The notes beneath the pieces are model-generated. The model was given only the letters and a program-made list of their open reading frames with translations. It ran no database searches and was not told the origin of the DNA. From Eledone cirrhosa (taxonomy: Eukaryota), in NCBI GenBank assembly GCA_964016885.1, contig OZ024741.1, forward strand, positions 398,784,001 through 398,848,000: 64,000 nt of DNA, read 5' to 3'. Position 1 is the stretch's first letter; the number at the start of each line of letters is the position of its first letter. Positions 23,658-34,100 of this stretch are shown in pieces. Both the position numbers and the translations under genes were made by a program.

Positions 23658-24160
23658 AGGCATGTAGTCTAGTGGTAAGTGTGTTGGACCTACGATCATA
23701 ATGTCGTGAATTTGATTCCTGCACTGGGTTGTGTGTTGTGGTCTTGAGCAAAACACTTCATTTCACGTTGTTCCAGTATACTCAGCTGAAAATAAGTACC
23801 AGTAATAGCTGGGGGTTTAAACCTGCGATGGACTGGCGTCCTTTCCAGGGGGGAGTTTTGAACTCTCAATCGCTTTACGCCACGGAAACCGGGATAAACT
23901 CCAGCCTGTGAGCCTCTGGGCTCAAGACAGATTTTTAACCTTGTGATGGACTGGCGTCCTTTCCAGGGGAAGTCTTTTACTCAGAAACTGAGTTAACACC
24001 AGCCTGATGAGTCAGATGAACCAGTTTGGGACAGACTTTAACTTTGTGATGGACTGGCATCCTGTTGAGGAGGGAGTCTTGTACTCTCAGTCACTTAACT
24101 CCACGGTAACCGGAATAAGTACCGGCTTGATCAGCCTCCGGGTTTGTGACAGACTTTAGA
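23658..24160 (+). mobile_element. tRNA-derived SINE, family B, with a triplicated 3' module
   Basis: A box TAGTCTAGTGG, degenerate B box, CORE-like TGTGGTCTTGAGCAAAACACTT; the GATGGACTGGCGTCC..AGACAGACTTTAAC module occurs three times. Confidence 0.85.
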
Positions 24161-24286
24161 ATATTGTGTTTCATACCCAGTCTAAATATAACTGGACACG
24201 GAACCTGCATTCTAACGATTCCTTGTGCTCTGTGGTCTCCTACAGTAAAGATGGGAGCCAGCTTGAGATAAAGAAAACTTTACAAC

Positions 24287-24520
24287 AAATACCGGTCGCT
24301 CTCCGACAGGTTTGCGGTTGTACTCTTGGCAGTGGAAACTTCTGGTGTCCTCGGCCCTAGGGATACCTCCCTACTCACCACCATAAGCGCTGAGCTGTCC
24401 AGCCGCAGGTGTGAGCCTCGCGATTTGGAATGGCTTTTCCAGCGCGTCTCCCTTGCCATCCTCCGGGGAAACGCCTTCTCTATTCTGACTGCCGGGGCTG
24501 TGGGGCGGCCACCAATATGA
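24287..24520 (+). pseudogene. C-terminal restriction-like endonuclease fragment of a CRE-like non-LTR retrotransposon
   Basis: KYRSL..AVETSGVLG..WLFQRVSLAILRGNAFSIL matches the ET.G..G / QR.S.A..RGNA pattern of these elements. Confidence 0.72.
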
Positions 24521-24898
24521 TAGACTGACTTGTCATTTTATCATGTACCTTTTGATAAATTGATTATGTACTAATTACTATTATAAGCAAAACGGTGGCT
24601 GGCTGAGTCGGTAGAGCCTCAGACAAAATACTTTGTGGTATTTAGTCAGGTCTTGGAAGCATTGAGTTTACCACTAAACGTATCATGGTAGCTTGCATCT
24701 GTCACGTGATTTATGATCCTCATAGTTTGTGGTCTCCTACAGGAGCCAGCTTGAGATAAACACAACTTTACAGGAACTAAACATATCGTCGTCGCTTGCA
24801 TCTGTCACGTGACTTATGATTCTCAAAGTTTGTTTTGATTTTTGGAAGATCGACAAGATGTCAGACCTCATTTGCTCACTGTCTTTACAATTGATGGT

Positions 24899-25238
24899 AC
24901 AATAACAACAATGACAATAACAGCAACAACAATAACAACAATAACGACAATAATAACAATAACAGCAACAACAATAATAACAATAACAGCAACAACAATA
25001 ACAATAACAACAGCAACAACAATAACAGCAACAACAATAACAATAACAACAGCAACAACAATAACAGCTACAACAAGAACAACAATAACAACAATAACAA
25101 AAATAATAATAATTGTTTCTACTTTTGGCACAAGGCCAGCAAAAATAATAACAATAACAGCAACAACAATAGCAACAACAACAATAACAACAATAACAAC
25201 AATAACAATAGCGACAATAAGAGCAACAATAACAACAA

Positions 25239-25275
<37 letters not shown>

Positions 25276-25320
25276 AACAACAACAATAACAACAACAATA
25301 ACAACAAAAATAACAACAAC
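24899..25320. repeat. (AAC/AAT/AGC)n trinucleotide tract with a SINE tail remnant at ~25112-25140
   Basis: Directly visible. Confidence 0.95.
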
Positions 25321-25770
25321 TTATAAATATTGGCAGAAATCTGTATTTATTGACGTACTACGATGGGTAATGGTAGGGGTATATTTTATACCTTTGTCAC
25401 TGGGTAACACCGGGTAATGTTACGTCTTTTACAATATTAGTAATATAGATATTTGTAACTTCTATGGGGCTTAAAGAAAATAATGAAATAGATTTAATAG
25501 TTTTTTAAATAAATATATTTCTTAACATAGAATAAGATTAAATAAAACAAATGTTTAAAACATGAATAAATCAGCACAGCTTATATTGAGACACTGCATC
25601 CTTTAAAACCTCCATGCTTCCTGAGATTTGCCAACACTGCACCTGATATCCCCCCTCCATACACACGCACACATGTATTTCATGACTTGTACACTGTTCA
25701 TTTTCCTGACATTTGTACATTATTCTATATACTATACATGCACCTTTGATGAGTTGTAGTGCACCTGAGA

Positions 25771-27697
25771 ACTGAAGTCCATACCCCGATCCGGCCCGCC
25801 GCTGCTCCCGAACAGTTCAGCAAAGTGCTGCTGAAAAGCCTCACACATTTTCTTCTATCACTAGTCCTTTGCTAAACCTAATCGACTCTACTTTAATTGC
25901 CCTTTTCAGGGCGAACCTCCACCTGTTGTTGACGACCGCTCCCGTCAACGCCCGCTTAACTAATACGCTAATCCGGTCTCTGTAGGCTTTGCGTGCCGGG
26001 AAAGACGCGTTCAGCTTCCAGTAACCGGGTCCTTGTCTATGAAGTTTATCTATGTCGATCTCACAGATCACAAATTTGTGGTCTGTGTAGGCGACTATTT
26101 TAAATTGTGGACAACTTATACTAGCCTTAACTAGTTCTCTGCAGAATACCCTATCGAGATACGATTTGGATGACCCTATGCGGTTTGTCTATGTCCACAT
26201 TGGCACATTCGGGTGATCCAGTCGATACCTGTCAGACAGTTCAAAACGTCTGAGCAGGTTGGTGAGGCTCTTGCACCCTCCTCCCCTATCCACTAGCCCC
26301 ACACAATCCCAGCGTGCATCCAAGATACCGTTCCAGTCACCCATTAACACTAAAGAGCGGGACGTTCTAAGAAAGGTCTCTAGACGTCTGAAGAAATCTG
26401 GCCGTCCCGTCCCAGTTGGGGCGTAGACGACTACTAGCCTGAAAGCATTGCCTTTGCTGCCGGTCACGTCCAGCACCACCGACTTACCTTCTGGGTCCAG
26501 GAAGATGGCTCGTATGGCGAGATCCAAGCCTCTCTGAAAAAGGACGGCAACCCCTCCACCCGATCCCGGACGACTGGGAGATGCGTATACATCGTAGCCG
26601 CCGAAGATCGGTGTGAAGGCTCGTGCTTCGGAGATTCTGGTCTCGCTGATGGCCACCACATCTATGTTTAGTGACCTGAGGTCATTGAGCAGGTGACCCT
26701 GCTTCCAAGATGACCCCAGACCACGTGCATTTATACTGCCTATTCTAAGTACGGCCATGTTGGATGAGAAATGGGGCAAGTGGGAAAAGGTCACTTACCT
26801 TGATCGTGTGGTGAAGGGACAGTAGAACTGTCCCTTTGGCTGGTCATGGGGGTTTCCAAGAGGATGTCAGTGTATATCCTCTTGGTAACTGACCCTCTGA
26901 AGTCTCCAACTAGGTTGGGGAATTTTTGTTTTCAAAGTTTGTACTGTTCTATTTTGATATCAATGATGCTTATGTTTGTCGGGAGAGTTCTTGGTGTTGG
27001 TGGGGTGTAGTAGTTTTTTTCCTTTTACCCACAGAGATAACATTTTGGCCGTCTTCCTTCCACTCTTATAGGGAGCTGGAGTCCTTCCTCGAGGTCTATG
27101 ATATTGGGGATAGCGTCGATACATTCCTGGTCAGTTTGTATAAGCATTTGCATGCCTATACCTGACCAGTTCTCTCTCCCTATTTTATCTACTTGCAGCA
27201 TGGTCGTCCTGTCATCGATTCCAGCAAGGACAGACGCGGCCAGCCAAGGTATGGGCACGTCGAGTGGGACCTGGGTCACTTTGACCCTCACAATTTTCTG
27301 CCCGCAGTAGGAGGGCACCAAGACTATCTCCTCACTCTTTAGGGTTTCCAAAGAGTGAGACTTCGCTTCTTGGGGGTGGCGAAAAGTACGTCTAGTGGGG
27401 CGTACTTTCTGCCTCGGGTGATGTGGAGTTTGCGTGCCCAGAGGCACCCCAAGGCCTTTTGGATTTGAGCCTCCGTGGCTCTCTCCACTCGATGTGACAT
27501 TTTGCTTACGGTGCGGTAAGTTACCGTCCGTAGTTGCTGGTCCTTGAAAAAATCGAGTGGAGGTTTCAAGGAAACTCTATTGGCGTTTCTTGTCACCATG
27601 GCCCTTGCGACTGCCCTCTCCTCCTCTGTGACTAACACTGTTTCGATATTTCGGACGACACCTGCAAAAGAAGTGGTCCCTTTTTCAGCAGCACCAT
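25771..27697 (-). mobile_element. Tx1/L1-clade LINE 5' half: disrupted ORF1 plus ORF2 APE endonuclease, internally deleted and 3'-truncated
   Basis: ORF1 pieces end in a PKCYLCG zinc-knuckle start. ORF2 from ATG ~26758 has SINARGL, ISET, VYAP, LMGDWN, YLDRV, TDH, GPGYWKLN, with a stop at 26189. 25775-25843 encodes EAFQQHFAELFG, homologous to window bases 1-70. Confidence 0.88.
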
Positions 27698-27699
27698 GG

Positions 27700-27817
27700 T
27701 AATTTTTTATCGTCCTTGAATAAATGAAAGGCAAAGTTGACCTCGGAGAGCAGAGAGCAGGGACGAAAACCGCAAAACACTTTATCCGACGCTCTATCGA
27801 CTCTGCCAATTCGCCGC
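27700..27817 (-). mobile_element. Family A SINE fragment
   Basis: ATGAAAGGCAAAGTTGACCTCGG..CCGACGCTCTATCGACTCTGCCAATTCGCCGC. Confidence 0.7.
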
Positions 27818-28406
27818 ATTGTTGTTGTTTAGCTGCAGTAACATTCTAACTAAGCCGACCTTTGACTAGAAACATTCCAGTCGTGATCATCCCGCTTCTG
27901 GGGAAAATTATCTAAAAGTACTTAATCTAATACATTCTTTTCGTTTTTTTTAATGTGATGTAAAATGAGGGAGAATTGGTTGCTATTTCTAGTGAGTCGA
28001 GTCACCACGTAGAGGCTCATACATTGGCTCAACTGTTAGTTTTCTTTAGACATATAACCATACATCACCCGATAAAGTAATAAAATAAGAGTTAAGAGAG
28101 ATATATAAGAATGTGTTATATAGATATAGAATTAATAGAAAGTAAAATGTTATTAAATGATGCCGGGAGCTCATCTTGTTTGCTACTTCAGAATCTTTCT
28201 TGGGAAATCTAAAATATTTCTTTTTCCCAACAGATTTAGAAATATTTAATAACTCAACTGTATTGTAATTATAAACCACGTTTTTCTCTGAACAACGAGG
28301 AACAGGTAGAGGGGTTTTCTAACGTTGAAAAATAAGAAAAGATTCTTCAAACCATGAGAAAAATGCACAATATATAAAAAATAAACTCATGTACATAGTA
28401 AATTTA

Positions 28407-30079
28407 TGGAAGTACGTAGCCTAGTGGTAAGGGTGTTGGACTTATGATCATAATGTCGTGGGTTTGATTCCTAGACTGGGTGGTACGTGGCCTAGTGGTA
28501 AGGGTGTTGGACTTTCAATGATAATGTCGTGGGTTCAATTCCTAGACTGGGTGGTATGTGACCTAATGGTAAGGGTGTTGGACTTATGACCATAATGTCG
28601 TGGGTTCAATTCCTAGACTGGGTGGTATGTGACCTAGTGGTAAGGGTGTTAGACGTATGACCATAATGTCGTGGGTTCAATTCCTGGGATGGGTGGTATG
28701 TGACCTAATGGTAAGGGTGTTGGACTTCTGACCATAATGTCGTGGGTTCAATTCCTGGGATGGGTGGTACGTGGCCTAGTGGTAAGGGTGTTGGACTTAT
28801 GACCATAATGTCGTGGGTTCAATTCCTGGGATGGGTGGTACGTGGCCTAGTGGTAAGGGTGTTGGACTTCTGACCATAATGTCGTGGGTTCAATTCCTGG
28901 GATGGGTGGTATGTGACCTAGTGGTAAGGGTGTTGGACTTATGATCGTAATGTTGTGGGTTCAATTCCTAGACTGGGTGGTATGTGACCTAGTGGTAAGG
29001 GTGTTGGACTTCTGACCATAATGTCGTGGGTTCAATTCCTGGGATGGGTGGTATGTGACCTAGTGGTAAGGGTGTTGGACTTCTGACCATAATGTCGTGG
29101 GTTCAATTCCTAGACTGGGTGGTATGTGACCTAGTGGTAAGGGTGTTGGACTTATGATCGTAATGTTGTGGGTTCAATTCCTAGACTGGGTGGTATGTGA
29201 CCTAGTGGTAAGGGTGTTAGACTTCTGACCATAATGTCGTGGGTTCAATTCCTGGGATGGGTGGTATGTGACCTAGTGGTAAGGGTGTTAGACTTCTGAC
29301 CATAATGTCGTGGGTTCAATTCCTGGGATGGGTGGTATGTGACCTAGTGGTAAGGGTGTTAGACTTCTGACCATAATGTCGTGGGTTCAATTCCTGGGAT
29401 GGGTGGTATGTGACCTAGTGGTAAGGGTGTTGGACTTCTGACCATAATGTCGTGGGTTCAATTCCTGGGATGGGTGGTATGTGACCTAGTGGTAAGGGTG
29501 TTGGACTTCTGACCATAATGTCGTGGGTTCAATTCCTGGGATGGGTGGTATGTGGCCTAGTGGTAAGGGTGTTGGACTTATGATCATAATGTCGTGGGTT
29601 CAATTCCTGGGATGGGTGGTATGTGACCTAGTGGTAAGGGTGTTAGACTTCTGACCATAATGTCGTGGGTTCAATTCCTGGGATGGGTGGTATGTGACCT
29701 AGTGGTAAGGGTGTTAGACTTATGATCATAATGTTGTGGGTTCCATTCCTGGACTGGGTTGTGTGTTGTGTTCCTGAGCAAAACACTTCATTTCACGTCG
29801 CTCCAGTATACTCAGCTGAAATGAGTACCAGCAATAGCTGGGAGTTTAACCCTGCAATAGACTGGCGTCACGTCCAGGGTGAAGTCTTGTACTCTCAGTT
29901 GCTTAATGCCACGTAAACCAGGATAAGCACCAGCCTGATGCACCTCCAGGCTTGAAACATACTTTAACCTCGCAATGGACTGGCGTCCTATCCAGGGGGA
30001 GCCTTGTACTCTCTGTCACATCACGTCATATAAACCAGGATAAGCCTGATGAGCCTCCGGGCTTGAGACAGACGTTTTC
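28407..30079 (+). mobile_element. Family B SINE with an amplified head and duplicated tail, flanked by a 15-bp target-site duplication
   Basis: TACATAGTAAATTTA (28392-28406) and TACATAGTAAATCTA (30080-30094); body 29760-29968 matches 23730-23940. Confidence 0.85.
28412..29760 (+). repeat. Tandem array of 19 x 71-bp tRNA-like SINE heads
   Basis: Unit GTATGTGACCTAGTGGTAAGGGTGTTGGACTTCTGACCATAATGTCGTGGGTTCAATTCCTGGGATGGGTG; starts at 28412, 28483 ... 29690. Confidence 0.95.
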
Positions 30080-30179
30080 TACATAGTAAATCTAGATTAC
30101 TGAACACTCCTATGTAGCTGACATTGAGAAGAGAATAGGGTAGGTAAATATCTAAGAGATTGATGTTAATTGATGGTTT

Positions 30180-30912
30180 TTAATATAGGCACAAGGCCAT
30201 CAATTTGGAGGAGGCGGGGGAATCAATTAAATCGATACCAGTCTTTTATTGATACAACATTTATCGGTGCCGGAAGGGAGGAAAGGTAAAGATGACCCCG
30301 GCGGAATGTGAACTCAGAACTTAAGGGTCGTAACTAAATGTTACAAAGCATGCTGTCAGTCGCTCTACCAATTCTACTGTCAATCCAATAGGTCAACAAT
30401 TTTGAGGGAGGGGAAAATCGATTAAATAGACCCTAATATGCTACTGGTACTTTATTTTATCGATCCCAGAATGATGAAAGGCAAAGCTAACCATGATGTG
30501 AAGTCAGAAAATAAAGGGACGTAACTAAATGCTAGAAAGCATGTTGTCGGACGCTCTACCGATTCAGAAACCATTATTAGGTCGGTGGATTGGTAGTATC
30601 GGTAGATCGTCGGACGACATGCTTTGCGGCATAGAGTTACGTCGCTTTATTTTCTGAGTTCGAATCCTGTCGAGGTTAGCTTTACCTTTCAACCATACGG
30701 GGTCGGTAAAATAAAGTACCAGTAATGCACTGGGATAATTGCTGGCTTGGTGTCAAAAGTAGAAACAATTAATTACTTGTGACTTGAGTTCAAATCGCGC
30801 CGAAGTTAACTTTGCCTTTCATCCTTACGGGGTCGATAAAATAAAGTAGCAGTAATACACTGGAATAATTGCTGGCCTCGTGCCAAAAAGTACAAACAAT
30901 TAACTACTTGTG
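30180..30912. mobile_element. Cluster of four family A SINEs (two minus, then two plus; head-to-head at ~30575)
   Basis: Conserved body motifs at ~30240-30385 and ~30440-30570 (minus) and ~30578-30775 and ~30784-30905 (plus). Confidence 0.8.
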
Positions 30913-31169
30913 ACTTTCTAAAACTCCGTTATTGAATGGCTTAATTATAATCTATTGAATCAACTCCATTATATTCATAAAATTCACTTTATTTTCTATT
31001 GAAGTATCTTTGGAATAATGTACGTATATCGATATATTGATATATTGATAATTTGATATACTTTTCATGATCGATATACAAACACAGAAGACGATGAATA
31101 TCACAATTTGTTATTCATTTATTTTATTGTTATTTGTTTCAGTAGACTGTAGCCATGTCGGTACACACG

Positions 31170-34100
31170 AAGTATAAACCACCCCTTATCTATAGAACCA
31201 CCCTTGAGCTAGCTTTCAGCTATAAAACCAAACCTTAGCTATAAAACATACTCTGAACTATAAAATCAGTCCTTAGCTACAAAACCACCCTGTAACACTA
31301 GTTCTTAGATATAAAACCAACCCTTAGCTATAAAACCTACCCTTAGCTATAACATCTACCGTTAGATATAAAACCTGCCCTTAACTATAAAACCAACCCT
31401 TGGCTATATAACCAGTCCTTAGCTATAAAACCTACACTGAACTATAAAATCCCGCCTTAGTTATAAAACCTACTCTGAACTATAAAACCACCCCTTAGTT
31501 ATAAAACCTACTCTGAACTATAAAACCACCCATTAGTTATAAAACCTATTCTGAACTATAAAACTAACCCGTAACTATAAAACTAGTCATTAGCTATAAA
31601 AGCAGTTCTTAGCTATAAAACCTAACCTTTGCTATAAAACCTAACCTTAGCTATAAAACCAGATCTTAACTATAAAAACATCCCTGAGCTATAAAACCTA
31701 CCCATAGCAATAACACTAGTCCTTAGATATAAATCCAATTCTTAGCTATAAAACCAACCCTTAATAAAACCAGACTTTAGTTATAAAACCAAACCTTAGC
31801 TATAAAACCACCATTAGATATAAGACTGACTCTGAACTATAAAACCAAATATTAAATTTAAACCAGTCCTTCGCTATAAAACCAGCCCTTAGTTATAATA
31901 CCAGTCTTTAGCTATAAGACCTACCCTCAGTTATAAAACAAACACTTAACTATAAAACCAGTCCTTAGCTATAAAACTTACCCTTAGTTATAAAACCTAC
32001 CCTTAGCTTTAAAACCTACCCTTAGCTATAAAACCTACCCTTAGCTATAAAACAAACCCTTAAATATCGTAAGGCCTGTAACTGCATGATGGAAACAAGG
32101 CGTCCGACAATCTAACGATACTGCCAATCCCGCCCTTAATAATAAAACCAGTTCTTAGCTATAAAACAGTACCATAGTTATAAAACGATCCTTTATCTAT
32201 AAAACCAACACTTAATTATAACACTTAACTATAAAACCTACCCTTAGCTATAAAACCTACCCTTAACTATAAAACCTACCATTAGCTATAAAAATTAACC
32301 TTAACTATAAAACCTACCCTTAGCTATAAAACCTACCATTAGCTATAAAACCAGTTCTTAACTATACAACCTACCTTTAGCTATAAAACCTACCCTTAGC
32401 TATAAAACCTACCCTTAGCTATAAAACATAACCTTAGCTATAAAACGGACCATTAACTATAAAAACACGCCTTAGCTATAAAACCAGTTCTTAGCTATAA
32501 AACCAGACCTTAGTTATGAAACCTAGTCTTAGCTATAAAATCAGTCCTTAGCTATAAAACCAGACCTTAGCTATAAAATCCCAGCCTTAGCTATAAAACC
32601 AATCCTTAGCTATAAAACCTAGCTTTAGCTATAAAACCAGTCCTTAGCTATAAAACCAACCCTTTGCTATAAAACTTACCCTTAGCTATAAAACTAGTCG
32701 TTAGCTATAAAACCTACCCTTAGCTATAAAACCAAACCTTTGCTATAAATACTACCCTATTCCATAAAGCCTACCTTTAGATATAAAACCTAAGATTAGC
32801 TACAAAACCAGTCCTTAACTATAAAAACCACCCCTTAGCTATAACAGCTACCGTTAGCTATAAAATCACCATTAGCTATAAAACCAATCCTTAGCTATAA
32901 AATCAACCCTTAATAATAAAATCAGTTCTTAGCTATAAAACTAGTCCTTATTTATAAAACAATCATTTATCTATAAAACCTACCCTCAACTGTAAAACCT
33001 ACCCTTCGCTATAAAACTAGTTCTTAGCTTTAAAACCAGTCTTTAGCTATAAAACCTACCCTTAGCTATAAAACCAGACTTTAACTATAACACCTACCCT
33101 TAGCTATAAAACCAACCCTTATGTATAAAACCAGTCCTTAGCTATAAAACATACCCTTAGCTATAAAACTAGTCCTTAGATATAACACCACCCCTTAGCT
33201 ATAAAACATAATCTTAGATATAAAACCTACCCTTAGTTATAAAACCTAACCTTAGCTATAAACCCTACCCTTATCTATAAAGCCACCCCTTAGCTGTAAA
33301 ACCTAACCTTAATTATCAAACCAGTTCTTAGCAATAAAACTTACCCTTAGCTATAAAACCCACCCTTAGTTATAAAATCAGTCCCTAGCTATAAAATCAC
33401 TCCTTAGATATAAAACCAGTCCTTAGCTATAAAACCTAGCCTTAGCTATAAAACCAATCCTTAGCTATAAAACCAATCCTTAGCTATAAAACCTACCCTT
33501 AGCTATAAAGCCTACCCTTAGCTATAAAACCTAACATTAGCTATAAAACCTACATTTGTTATACAATCTAATCTTAGCTATAAACCCTACCACTAGCTAT
33601 AAAGCCACCCCTTAGCTATAAAACCTACCCTTAACTATAAAACCACACCTAAGCTATAAAACCACCCCTTAGCTATAAAACCAGTGCTTAGAGATAAAAC
33701 CTACCCGTAGCTATAAAACCAGTCCTTAGCTATAACATCTAGTCTTTAGTTATAAATCCAATTCTTAGCTCTAAAACCATCATTAGAAATAAAACCTACT
33801 CTGAACTAAAAAACCAAAACTTAGCTATAAAACCAACCATTAGCTATGAAAGCAATTCTTAACTATAAAAACCAGTCCTTAGCTATAAAACCAGCATTAG
33901 CTATAAAACCAGTCCTTAGCTATAAAATCAATTCTTAATAATAGAACCAGTTCATAGTTATAAAACAAGTCCTTAGTTATAAAACCTACCTTAAAATATA
34001 AAACCTACACTAAGCGATAAAACATAGCCTTAGCCATAAAACCTACGCTTAGTTATAAAACCTAACCTTAGCTGTAAACCCTATCCTTAGCTATAAAGCC

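Noticed and set aside
24842-25417. Thr/Ile-rich mucin-like ORF
   Set aside because: A trinucleotide microsatellite with an embedded SINE tail and no ATG-supported gene structure.
28046-28345. Possible minus-strand host exon or THAP-like peptide (KKYFRFPKKD) after a pyrimidine tract and AG
   Set aside because: No convincing splice donor, the THAP C2CH/W residues are not present, and there are no partner exons; needs BLASTX or RNA-seq.
28412-29760. Functional tRNA gene cluster or CRISPR array
   Set aside because: No proper acceptor or anticodon stem pairing, no spacers or terminators; the units match the SINE head at 23658.
29930-30075. CTGATGAGCC..GGC as a hammerhead (also ~24004)
   Set aside because: No correctly placed GAAA, stem III or stem I; it is the SINE tail hairpin.
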